Positions 48,486 through 57,397 are shown, counted from the first letter of the stretch. The stretch is 64,000 bases of DNA from Thermodesulfobacteriota bacterium (GCA_965216785.1 OZ244197.1:896001-960000); one strand, 5' to 3'. A program made the numbers and translations. The notes: generated from the letters alone by a model not told the origin.

Positions 48486-48815
48486 TTAAAAGTCTCTCAA
48501 GTCGGCTACGTCTCTATTGCCGTTATCGAAAAGCTCGTTAAACCTTTCACGGCTTAAATCTACAGTAACAATGCGGGAATTGTCGCCTGGATGTGCTCTA
48601 TTAGTGTCCGCAGCCTCAAAAGTTCTGAATAGATGGTTTGCGTTATGAGATTTTGCCGCGTTTGATCCCCTTCTTCCCCTGAGTGAGAGCTTAAACGCGG
48701 TCCTCCCATTGGCCCCAGATCCCGAACCGCTATCGTCGCAGGATACAACCATCAGGGCCACAGCAGCAGCGCTTAATTTTAAAAACTCTCTTCTTGTGAA
48801 GCCGCCGATACTCAT
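48486..48815 (-). CDS. small Tat-exported lipoprotein of unknown function
   Basis: TRREFLK twin-arginine motif, lipobox VVSC; real start probably 48815 because the upstream ORF extension reads through structured RNA. Confidence 0.75.
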   Translation of the reverse strand: MSIGGFTRREFLKLSAAAVALMVVSCDDSGSGSGANGRTAFKLSLRGRRGSNAAKSHNANHLFRTFEAADTNRAHPGDNSRIVTVDLSRERFNELFDNGNRDVADLRDF

Positions 48816-49024
48816 AGTAATAACCTTATCTATTAGTGCAGGCACGGGGAAGAGCCGACTTCCCCGCCGGTTCAACAAAACAAACGTTTTGTCGGCCCAG
48901 ACTTTGTACCAGGACCTCTGATAACGGAACAAACAGCACCCCCCGGACTCCCCGGGGAACGTCGAAGGGGAAAAAGTGGCCCCTACTCGCTCCTGTTTGC
49001 CGACCTCTCCTGGCCTATGTGCTA
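48816..49024 (-). ncRNA. candidate structured 5' leader or ncRNA
   Basis: Follows a perfect promoter and contains six nested or serial stems. Confidence 0.45.
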
Positions 49025-49030
49025 TTTTCA

Positions 49031-49059
49031 ATTATATGACCGCTAGTTATGCGTGTCAA
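49031..49059 (-). promoter_or_regulatory. consensus sigma70 promoter
   Basis: TTGACA (49059-49054), 17 bp spacer, TATAAT (49036-49031). Confidence 0.85.
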
Positions 49060-49156
49060 CAGATTTAAAAATTCTGTGTTAAGATTCGAAATAGCAGTTA
49101 ACTGGCCTAGAGAACAGGTAAATATGGAACAAAAACGCTGTAAAATAACTTAGCAT

Positions 49157-49657
49157 TTACCTGCATCCGCAGTCGCAGTCGAGCACGCCCCTTGGCGCGA
49201 CGCTCAGGTCGCACTGGCAGAGCTCCTCACCGGCGGCACAGCCGGGAGGTCCCGCTGCTCCGGCAGCGCAGCCTCTGATATTTACGCTGACAGAGTTCCC
49301 TGAGTCAAAGACTGCTTTACATGACCTTCTGCTGCAAGAACCCGGCCTGCAAGTCGTGCTATAGGACTGGTTACAGTAATGCTCGGCTATTTTATTTTCA
49401 GTGTTCGCGTTTGTCGCTACGCATTCGCCGATCGGTACGCATACTTCTCTTCTTGCAAGAGGAGTAGTAGCCGCCTGATTTCTGAATGCTGGTGGGTCAA
49501 TCGATGTGCAAGGTGTGGGTGTCGGAATCGGCGCTCTTGCAATCTCCTGTTTTTCCTTCTCACACCCTGATGTGAAGACTACGCCTACAACTAAGAAAAC
49601 AGCTAATGCCGAAATCCTAAAAAACCCTAAAGCTAAACTCTTGCCTTTGCCTCTCAT
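49157..49657 (-). CDS. cysteine-rich lipoprotein
   Basis: Lipobox TSGC plus 14 further Cys; AGGAGG RBS. Confidence 0.75.
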   Translation of the reverse strand: MRGKGKSLALGFFRISALAVFLVVGVVFTSGCEKEKQEIARAPIPTPTPCTSIDPPAFRNQAATTPLARREVCVPIGECVATNANTENKIAEHYCNQSYSTTCRPGSCSRRSCKAVFDSGNSVSVNIRGCAAGAAGPPGCAAGEELCQCDLSVAPRGVLDCDCGCR

Positions 49658-49831
49658 TTAGCTTACCTCCTACCTGTTTGCTTACATTATCCGAGTATAG
49701 AACATCTGTTCGGACAATGCCAGATATTTTTATGTTAGGTTGGGCTTGAGGCTTGTTCAGTAATTACTTCGGCTCGAGCTGGGCAACGGGCTTGGAAATG
49801 CTCTCTGAGATAACTTTAGGATTCCACGGTT

Positions 49832-50101
49832 TTATTTTTGGATATTCTGGTATTTAGAGGGCCCGTAATTTTCAGGATCATAATCCTCGCTCAAATTATT
49901 AGAGCTATCTTTTATTTCCTTAGAGTCCGGGCGGATATTTGCACATTGTGTAACGTTAGCTGCTTCATCGGTTCTCTTTGTCGACGTGCAGTCAACCCTT
50001 TTTTCGCCATAGAGCTCCCGCTCGCTGACTCCGGTATCTTTCGTGCCGCCCGAGCACCCGGTTAGAAACAATACGCATAGTAGTAAAATTAATCTTTTCA
50101 T
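49832..50101 (-). CDS. small hypothetical lipoprotein
   Basis: MKR..LTGC lipobox. Confidence 0.65.
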   Translation of the reverse strand: MKRLILLLCVLFLTGCSGGTKDTGVSERELYGEKRVDCTSTKRTDEAANVTQCANIRPDSKEIKDSSNNLSEDYDPENYGPSKYQNIQK

Positions 50102-50307
50102 ATCGTCAGCCTAAATGATAAATATATCCACTATATCTTACCCGGACTTTGGTAAATTCAAGCCCTAAGCGATTTTAATATGCCAGACATCGATGCTCCA
50201 TCTCATCAGTATTGTATAGAAATTCGCTATCTATACAGTCAAATACGTAAGCTATATTACGGTATATTAATGATAATTATCTACATTTATTAAGGAGGGT
50301 TAAAGAT

Positions 50308-50874
50308 ATGGGCACATTGTCAAAGGCAGTTTCAGTTTTGGTATTTACCGTTTTGGCTCTTTCACAAGTCTCTTGTAATAATTCGAGTAACGCGCAGTCT
50401 AGCTCTCAAGAGATAGAAGCCACTTTCTCTGGAAGCTTCATCACGGCGACCGTAAATTCCGATACGAATGACGACGGAAGGCCATCTGCGCAGAGGTGGT
50501 ATGAGGGCGATAGCAATCTCGGCGAGCTAACAATTTATATGCTCGATGAGTTTGCTCAGCCGATCCAGCCTGTCACATGCCCGGAGGATACGCTCGAATT
50601 TCTGCTAGTGCGGGGAAGCTTTGTATTTACAGCGCCCGATGGAGACCTGCTCATGGGCGAACTTTTTTCAGGCGTAAGCTGTTTTGACCCGGAAACGAGA
50701 ACGTCGGTAGTAAATTACACAGGGGAATTTACCATAGGCACAGGTTCTTTCGAAGGTATTTCCGGTGAGCTTGAGATAACAATCGATTCCGATTTCCTGA
50801 ACCTTACTTCGGAAAACGGTTTTGCATCGGGTGGATCTACCGGTTCGATGTCAGGAATAATAGAATTTCCCTGA
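50308..50874 (+). CDS. hypothetical beta-rich lipoprotein
   Basis: Lipobox-like QVSC; GTGSFEGISG motif of dirigent/AOC-like barrels; AGGAGG RBS. Confidence 0.7.
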   Translation: MGTLSKAVSVLVFTVLALSQVSCNNSSNAQSSSQEIEATFSGSFITATVNSDTNDDGRPSAQRWYEGDSNLGELTIYMLDEFAQPIQPVTCPEDTLEFLLVRGSFVFTAPDGDLLMGELFSGVSCFDPETRTSVVNYTGEFTIGTGSFEGISGELEITIDSDFLNLTSENGFASGGSTGSMSGIIEFP

Positions 50875-51050
50875 CGGTTGAACATACTAAAACTCAGTCT
50901 TTTCTTATTCATCCGACCTTTATGATATAATAAGGATTAAAGAATTTGTAAGGTGGCTGGGGAAAAGACAACTTATAAAAGGTATGTGTCGTAGGGTTCG
51001 AACTTCCTTACGGGATAAGACTGTAAATAATATTTATCAAGGAGGATATC

Positions 51051-51581
51051 ATGTTAAATTCATTCAAGAGTACTTTTCTTTTAATGGTGTTTATAATCGG
51101 CAGTACAGGTGCATTAATAGGCTGCGCGACACAACAGACGCCGGTGTATGAGCCACCCGCCGGCAAGATCGGTCAAATTTCAGAATTCGATATTACCCAG
51201 GCGTCTGAGCAGGACATTGCCGATGCTCTTCAAAGGGACGGGCGCGTCATTATCAGCGGCGGGCTTTTGTTCGCCTTTGACAGCGCAGAGCTAAATCCTG
51301 AAGCTCAGCAAATAACGGCAAAATTGGCCCAGGTTATGTTGCAGCACCCCAATCTAAAAGTGGCTGTTGTCGGAAACACCGATAACACCGGAAACTTCAA
51401 ATATAACATCGGGCTTTCCGAGAGGCGCGCAAACGCCATAGTCAAAGCGCTTGAAAGGGACGGAGTCGGAACGGACCGCTTGGTCGGCGTGGGCGTAGGT
51501 TCCCTTATCCCGATCGCGTCTAACGACACTCCGGAAGGGCAGGCGAAAAACCGCCGCGTAGAGCTCGTCCTTATTCGCTAA
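51051..51581 (+). CDS. OmpA-family peptidoglycan-binding lipoprotein
   Basis: Lipobox LIGC; FAFDSAEL, GNTD, LSERRA and NRRVE. Confidence 0.92.
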   Translation: MLNSFKSTFLLMVFIIGSTGALIGCATQQTPVYEPPAGKIGQISEFDITQASEQDIADALQRDGRVIISGGLLFAFDSAELNPEAQQITAKLAQVMLQHPNLKVAVVGNTDNTGNFKYNIGLSERRANAIVKALERDGVGTDRLVGVGVGSLIPIASNDTPEGQAKNRRVELVLIR

Positions 51582-51730
51582 AACTTAAAGGATTTAATTT
51601 TGGCGTGATATTCAAACTAGATAGAACCTAGCTTAAAATGAGGACAGCTTTTTGGGTGTCTTACAGCGGCCATGGCCTGGTTTTGTATTGATGCGCATCG
51701 TTATCTTTGATAATGTGAGAGCGGAATTGC

Positions 51731-52693
51731 ATGTTTATCGTCAGGCTGCTTAAAAAATATCCGAGAGTTGTTATTTCACAACGAAACAACGGTCTCGGAG
51801 ACAATCTTCTCGCTGCCGCCAACGCTTGGTACTATGCCAAACGTATGAACAGGAGCCTGGCTATAGTATGGCAGCCTTCGCGCTACCTCGCCGACAAAAA
51901 GGTGAACGCATTCAGCCGCTTTTTCAGCGTACCCGAGAAAATCGAGGGTGTCCCAGTTGTCGCGGAGCCTAGCATTGACTCTGCTTCGACGTTCCTTATC
52001 TCCCACCCTCTTTATTATCTACCTTCCCCCGACCCGGTTTTGCTTATCTATAAGCTATTTAGCCGGATAACAAAGTCGGTCGATAGCATTTTCAAAAAGA
52101 GACTTCGCCAGAGGCAGTGTATCACGGATAGGATCGTCGAAAATCTGGAGGACACACAGCATAGGGCTCTGATAACGCGCGGCTGCTATGTCCCGCACGA
52201 TTATTTAAAACCTTTTTTTGATTCACTCAAATTAAATCCTGAATTTCAGGAGAAGGTTGACGGATTTGCAGAAAAGTATTTCAAGAATAAAAAGGTCATA
52301 GGCGTTCATGTACGCTATTACAATCAGAGCATGGCATCTTCCGAACACACCGGATATTGGCAGGATCAGGTAAATGCTTTATGTGAGTGTCTGAATAAGA
52401 TTAAAGAAGCGGCGGCAGGGTTGAAACACTCAGACTACGTCGTTTTCCTTTCGACCGATGCCCGCTTAGTTCACGATTTTCTCTCTCGGTCAGTTGAAAA
52501 TGTGGTCTTTTATGACAAGGAATTCGGCTCGGACTTCTCAAAAGAGCTACATCAAGAGCTTCCCATTGAAACTGCGGCATCCACCTTGGTTGAGATGTTT
52601 TTGCTGGCTAAAAGCGATGTACTGGTCCGCTTCCCGCCAGAGTCATGGTTTTCTTACTATGCGAGCCTTTATGCAAAGAAAGTCATAGTCTGA
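51731..52693 (+). CDS. NodZ-like alpha-1,6-fucosyltransferase (GT23)
   Basis: GLGDNL..AWYYA, VIGVHVR, FLSTD and EMFLLA..SWFS match NodZ/GT23 motifs. Confidence 0.75.
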   Translation: MFIVRLLKKYPRVVISQRNNGLGDNLLAAANAWYYAKRMNRSLAIVWQPSRYLADKKVNAFSRFFSVPEKIEGVPVVAEPSIDSASTFLISHPLYYLPSPDPVLLIYKLFSRITKSVDSIFKKRLRQRQCITDRIVENLEDTQHRALITRGCYVPHDYLKPFFDSLKLNPEFQEKVDGFAEKYFKNKKVIGVHVRYYNQSMASSEHTGYWQDQVNALCECLNKIKEAAAGLKHSDYVVFLSTDARLVHDFLSRSVENVVFYDKEFGSDFSKELHQELPIETAASTLVEMFLLAKSDVLVRFPPESWFSYYASLYAKKVIV

Positions 52694-52715
52694 AAAATCA
52701 TTCGATAGATAATCT

Positions 52716-52770
52716 ATGGTAGCCCCTACGTGATTTGAACCCGTGTTTTAGCCTTGAGAGGGCTTCGTCC
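52716..52770 (-). repeat. duplicate of the tRNA-Glu 3' portion (attR-like)
   Basis: 53/55 identical to 55952-56006. Confidence 0.92.
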
Positions 52771-52919
52771 GCAAGCTCCTTGTATCTGACAGGTGGCATC
52801 TCCACATGTATATCTACCCTGTCGAGCAGCGGCCCAGAGACCTTGGAGCGGTACTTGTCTATCGGAATCGGGTTGCAGGAACATTCCTTCTGGGGGTCTC
52901 CGTGATAACCGCAGGGGCA
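52764..52919 (-). pseudogene. comM: internal fragment of comM/yifB (Mg-chelatase-like AAA ATPase)
   Basis: Manual translation CPCGYHGDPQKECSCNPIPIDKYRSKVSGPLLDRVDIHVEMPPVRYKELADE; this frame is absent from the ORF track. Confidence 0.85.
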
Positions 52920-53165
52920 TCCGTGCGGTTATCAATCATAAGATTTATAAACTATGTTTAGATTAATAACCAATGAACCGCTTCTAATTATATGTGTACA
53001 CTGTAAGGAATTCTTACAGGATTTTTCTTCTTACGACCGTTCTATATAAATAAAAATTCGATCATTTAGATAAGTTATGCAAAATTAAGTTTTATGGCAT
53101 GGTGATTGCGGGATGCCACTATGCAATATTGGGTTTTATTGTGGGGGTTAAAATGGAAAAAAATT

Positions 53166-54671
53166 ATGGAAAATAGAGATCAATCAAATTCTTTCTTGTA
53201 TTTACAAAACTCTTTCTTCTCGAGCAGGAGTACTTTACTGATTGTAGGCTTTTTATTGATACTCCTTTCCAATATGAGAGGTAGTGCCGGCATTTTCGCA
53301 TGGTTCATGCCGGTGCCATTTCTACTCTATGTAGTACTTTATCATGGAGTCAAAAACCACCTCTGCTTGCTGCTTAGCCTCTTAGCCGGTTCGATATTCT
53401 CATTTATGAAAGCTGCATCAGACCCATTCCTTGATCCCGTATTATTTTCAATCATGATCGGTATAGTGATAGCTTTGCGCTATTACCTGGCTTTTCTCTT
53501 ATGGAGTTACATTCGAAGATGGGCAGGAGACCTTATCAGCCTGATCGCCTTTCCTGCAATAATAGTAAGTTTAGAGTATGTTCAGGCATTTTATTTACCT
53601 TTTGGAGATTGGGGCTCCCTGGCCAATACCCAATTGTATAATCTCCCTCTCTTGCAAACAGCCTCACTGTTTGGATTCCTGGGGATATCCGCCATCATGT
53701 CATGGGCAGCCGTTCTTTGTGCATCCATAATTTTAAGAGGAAGTTTTGTAAGTAGTGAAATACGGCTGTCGATATTCATCCTTATACTTACTGCTTTGTA
53801 CGTATATGGTGATCTACGCCTGAACAAAGTGCCGGAAGGAAAACATATCCTGGCAGCAGCAATTATGGTAGATACTGAGTTTACAGGTGTTTTGCCAAAT
53901 CCTGAATCTCCGGAGGTAATGCAAACAACAGATACCTTAATAGAAAAAACCCGAATAGCTGCAAATAGAGGGGCCTCAATAGTCGTTTGGGGTGAAATAT
54001 CTACTGTGATTTCAGAAAAAGGTGAAGGCCGGTTTTTAGAGAAGCTCTCTGCCGTGGCAAAAAGGTATGAAATTACAATTGTAGCAGCTTATGCAGTACC
54101 GGCTCCGAAAGACGAAAAAGAAAATTACAATTTTATAAACAAGTTTACCTGGATAAATGAAAATGGAGAGATAGCCGAAACGTATCTCAAACACCATCCC
54201 GTACCAGGTGAAGGGAGTGAGAAGGGTGTTAAACCATTGAAAATTATCCATACTGAATTTGGTAAGATGACGGGAGCCATTTGTTACGATTATGACTTCC
54301 CGCAAATGGCGCTTAGCCAGGCCAGGCTGGGAGCTGATATAGTTGTAGTGCCCGGACAGGATTGGCGGGGTATGCTCATGCAACACACACTTATGGCACG
54401 GATAAGAGCCATTGAAGGGGGATTCTCTGTTCTCAGATCTGCCAATGAGGCCACCTCAATGGGCTTTAATAATTACGGCCAGATCCGGGCTGCAATGTCT
54501 GATTTCGGAAACAATGACAGAATACTTATCGCTTCTTTGCCAGTCGGGCAAATAAAGACTCTATACAGCATGATTGGTAACCTGCTTGCGTATATCGCAA
54601 TTGCTGCGCTTTTATTCTCCTTGTTTATGACAGTTCGTAATTATCGGAGAGAAAAAAACTCCAAGCCATGA
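53166..54671 (+). CDS. membrane nitrilase-family protein (apolipoprotein N-acyltransferase-like)
   Basis: TM domain with WGSLANTQ; triad WGE, YLKHHPVPGE, ICYDYDFP; RAIEGG. Confidence 0.85.
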   Translation: MENRDQSNSFLYLQNSFFSSRSTLLIVGFLLILLSNMRGSAGIFAWFMPVPFLLYVVLYHGVKNHLCLLLSLLAGSIFSFMKAASDPFLDPVLFSIMIGIVIALRYYLAFLLWSYIRRWAGDLISLIAFPAIIVSLEYVQAFYLPFGDWGSLANTQLYNLPLLQTASLFGFLGISAIMSWAAVLCASIILRGSFVSSEIRLSIFILILTALYVYGDLRLNKVPEGKHILAAAIMVDTEFTGVLPNPESPEVMQTTDTLIEKTRIAANRGASIVVWGEISTVISEKGEGRFLEKLSAVAKRYEITIVAAYAVPAPKDEKENYNFINKFTWINENGEIAETYLKHHPVPGEGSEKGVKPLKIIHTEFGKMTGAICYDYDFPQMALSQARLGADIVVVPGQDWRGMLMQHTLMARIRAIEGGFSVLRSANEATSMGFNNYGQIRAAMSDFGNNDRILIASLPVGQIKTLYSMIGNLLAYIAIAALLFSLFMTVRNYRREKNSKP

Positions 54672-54690
54672 GTGCCAAAGGAGCTTTAAT

Positions 54691-55398
54691 ATGACAGATA
54701 ATGCAATAATGCGTAAACGACTTCTTATTCTGGGGATCATTGTATCCATCCTTATACTCTGGAATGGGGTATGTGATTATCTTTATGCATACTCTTCCCA
54801 ATTAAGTGGATCAGAATACAGTTCATCTGCAGTTTTCAGAGTTCTCCTTAGCGCAAACGGCCGTCCTCACTGGATGGTGATGCTTGCGCAAACAGCCGGA
54901 TGGCTTTACCCGATATATGCCCTGTCGTACTATCATATGTGGATTGGTATGCGCAGAGCCGGTTTTTGGCTTGGCACTGTTCCTCTCTTAATACTGGCCT
55001 ATGCTATAGTGATGATTGGCGGTATTCAACATGCAGGCTTTGCATTTATAAGTGTGCTGGAACAAGCGAAAGCAGTAGTTGGATGCACTGATATGAAATT
55101 CTATGCTTTAGCAAACCAGTATATTCTCGAACATTTTATATTCGGAGATCTTACGGCAATGATTGCATTCAGTCTTGGAACATTATGGCAGGCCGTTGGT
55201 ATTTTAAGTGGAAAAACAATGTATCCACGCTGGTTTTTAGTAGTATCTCCACTTGGCGTACTAACTATTACTCTGGTACTAGGATCCTTTCTCCCTGCAC
55301 CTGTTGCAGGATATGTGCTTGCACCTTTCGGGACCTGGTTTATGTTAATTCCACTAATAGCAAGTACGGTATGGCTGTGGAGGAATTATGATTATTAA
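54691..55398 (+). CDS. hypothetical polytopic membrane protein (DUF6796-like)
   Basis: About six TM helices; GKTMYPRW motif. Confidence 0.7.
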   Translation: MTDNAIMRKRLLILGIIVSILILWNGVCDYLYAYSSQLSGSEYSSSAVFRVLLSANGRPHWMVMLAQTAGWLYPIYALSYYHMWIGMRRAGFWLGTVPLLILAYAIVMIGGIQHAGFAFISVLEQAKAVVGCTDMKFYALANQYILEHFIFGDLTAMIAFSLGTLWQAVGILSGKTMYPRWFLVVSPLGVLTITLVLGSFLPAPVAGYVLAPFGTWFMLIPLIASTVWLWRNYDY

Positions 55399-55440
55399 CA
55401 GCTAATTGAATATTGATAATTGATAAAGGGAGACATTGCA

Positions 55441-55905
55441 ATGAGATATTTAAAGAAAATTGGAGTATTTGCCGCAGTCCTAACCTTATTCTCCGGTTTA
55501 AGCTTTGCCGAGCATGTAATCGATGATTCCAAAAATACGAGTTATTTATTCGTTATAAGCGGGAGCTCAGGCTCTTTGGATGGAGATACTTTAACATTAA
55601 AAGGAGTGCCGAATATTGTCTATTTCTCAGACCGTCCGGCAAGGCAGGCGGGGCATCTATCGCTTGATAAGTTTATGGATATGAGTAGTGATAGCTTTAA
55701 AGCAGACCCTCCGAACGCTGTACTCTCAATACTAAATAACAATGAGAACATTGTTGTAGAAATTCAAGACCCTAAACTTCAGGAAAACGATATATTGTTT
55801 AAGATAAAGATATTGCAAGGAACCGCGCAAGCACAATTCAAACAGTCGTCCTTGTTTATTGATACGATCTGCGGCTTGATTTGTGATGGGGCAGGTGGTG
55901 GGTAA
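55441..55905 (+). CDS. hypothetical secreted protein
   Basis: Signal peptide (SFA); YFSDRPARQAG and DPPNA motifs of an uncharacterised family. Confidence 0.7.
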   Translation: MRYLKKIGVFAAVLTLFSGLSFAEHVIDDSKNTSYLFVISGSSGSLDGDTLTLKGVPNIVYFSDRPARQAGHLSLDKFMDMSSDSFKADPPNAVLSILNNNENIVVEIQDPKLQENDILFKIKILQGTAQAQFKQSSLFIDTICGLICDGAGGG

Positions 55906-55952
55906 CAGCGGACCTGCATAAATGAGGCATTAATCATTACTTGCTTTAAAAA

Positions 55953-56030
55953 TGGTAGCCCCTACGGGATTTGAACCCGTGTTTTAGCCTTGAGAGGGCT
56001 ACGTCCTAGGCCAGGCTAGACGAAGGGGCC
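55953..56030 (-). tRNA. tRNA-Glu (CTC)
   Basis: Anticodon arm TAGCC-CT[CTC]AA-GGCTA; GGTTCAAATCC T-arm; encoded CCA. Confidence 0.95.
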
Positions 56031-56188
56031 ACAGTCAATAAAGCAGATTTACAATTTATCATAACACGAAAGAAAATCAACGATCCCCGCAATTAGAGCT
56101 CTATATCTAGGAGAAATATTTTATTTTCCCGTTAAACTAATTGTGAACGTATAATTAATCAGGTAAAAAGGTTATAGAGGATAAGCCT

Positions 56189-56791
56189 TTGAAAAACAAA
56201 TCAAGCATATACTTAATTTTTGCCATACTCACCGCGTTTCTCATCGCCTGCGACGGCGGAGGGGAATCTTCAGATACCAGCGGCGTTGTAATTGACGACT
56301 CGGCGTCGGGTGGGAATGGGGGCGGTAATCCTGCACCTACAAATCCCGCGCCTCCCGGATCTCTAAATAGCTTTCAAGCTTTTATGCTGGGTGTGGTCAA
56401 CGATGTACGTGCCCAGTCCAGAGACTGCGGCAATCAGTTTTTCGCAGCTGCGCCTGCTGTCATCTGGGATGAGAGGATAGAAGCCGCGGCCCAGATGCAT
56501 AGTGAAGACATGGCAGCCAATCAGAATTTTAACCACATTGGGTCTGACGGCTCTGACGCGGGTGACAGGTTGCTTATGGAAAACTACGACTGGTTCACCT
56601 GGGGCGAGAACATTCTATTTGGACTTAACGACGGGGAAGCTGCAGTGGACGCGCTTTTAGATTCTCCTTCACATTGTGCGCTTATAATGAGCCCTGACTT
56701 TCAAGAGGTTGGAGCGGGCTCTGCCAAAGGAAGCATACAGGGTGGCTCATCCACTTTCTGGACGGTATTGTTTGCGACCGAATCTAACTGA
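56189..56791 (+). CDS. CAP/SCP domain lipoprotein
   Basis: Lipobox LIAC; HSEDMA, HIGSDGS, GENI and SPSHC. Confidence 0.88.
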   Translation: MKNKSSIYLIFAILTAFLIACDGGGESSDTSGVVIDDSASGGNGGGNPAPTNPAPPGSLNSFQAFMLGVVNDVRAQSRDCGNQFFAAAPAVIWDERIEAAAQMHSEDMAANQNFNHIGSDGSDAGDRLLMENYDWFTWGENILFGLNDGEAAVDALLDSPSHCALIMSPDFQEVGAGSAKGSIQGGSSTFWTVLFATESN

Positions 56792-56812
56792 TTCGGACTT
56801 TATCACGGAAAT

Positions 56813-57337
56813 TCAATCTTCTCTTCTAAGCTCTTTTTTAAACCGCTTGAAATTACCGACATAATGCTCGGCTGAAAATCTGAGGTACTCGATCTCTTCT
56901 TCGGTTACTTCCCTTACCACCTTGCCGGGCGAGCCCAGCACCATAGAGTTATCCGGGATTTCCTTCCCGTGTGTGATAAGACAGTTTGCCCCGATTATGC
57001 AGTTCTTTCCTATTTTCGCATGATTCAATACAACAGAGTTTATACCGACAAGTGAGTTGTCTCCTATATCACAGCCATGGAGCATTGCCTGGTGTCCTAC
57101 TGTTACGCCCTTACCTATGCGAAAGGGAACCCCTTCATCTGTATGTATCACCACAGCGTCCTGAATATTGCTTCCCTCTTCAATTACAAGTGGCTCATTA
57201 TCCCCTCTCAGCACCGCGTTAAACCATATGCTCACGTCGTTGTGAATTACGACAGAGCCTATAACAGTCGCGTTTTCAGCAATAAAATAGTCATCTCCCT
57301 TAATCTCAAGCTTTCTCTCACCCAGTGAATAGATCAA
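56813..57337 (-). CDS. gamma carbonic anhydrase family protein
   Basis: WFNAVLRGDN, NIQD..IH and VGHQAMLHGC. Confidence 0.92.
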   Translation of the reverse strand: MIYSLGERKLEIKGDDYFIAENATVIGSVVIHNDVSIWFNAVLRGDNEPLVIEEGSNIQDAVVIHTDEGVPFRIGKGVTVGHQAMLHGCDIGDNSLVGINSVVLNHAKIGKNCIIGANCLITHGKEIPDNSMVLGSPGKVVREVTEEEIEYLRFSAEHYVGNFKRFKKELRRED

Positions 57338-57397
57338 TATTCTTCTCCTATTGGCGGACTCCTTCTATTCTACCTAACTTAATCATTTGCACTCTGA

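Larger units (their letters stand above)
52716..56006. mobile_element. integrase-free genomic islet at tRNA-Glu
   Basis: 55-bp direct repeats, visibly AT-richer interior, three cargo genes and a comM scar. Confidence 0.75.

Noticed and set aside
48816-49031. 72-codon N-terminal extension of the Tat lipoprotein ORF
   Set aside because: Starts inside the -10/TSS region and would displace the Tat signal from the N-terminus
50990-51012. Hairpin containing GGTTCGAA, like a tRNA T-arm
   Set aside because: No acceptor, D or anticodon arms, and no match to the three tRNAs in the window
52726-52935. 69-aa ORF in the track
   Set aside because: Wrong frame; the meaningful signal is the comM fragment in another minus-strand frame
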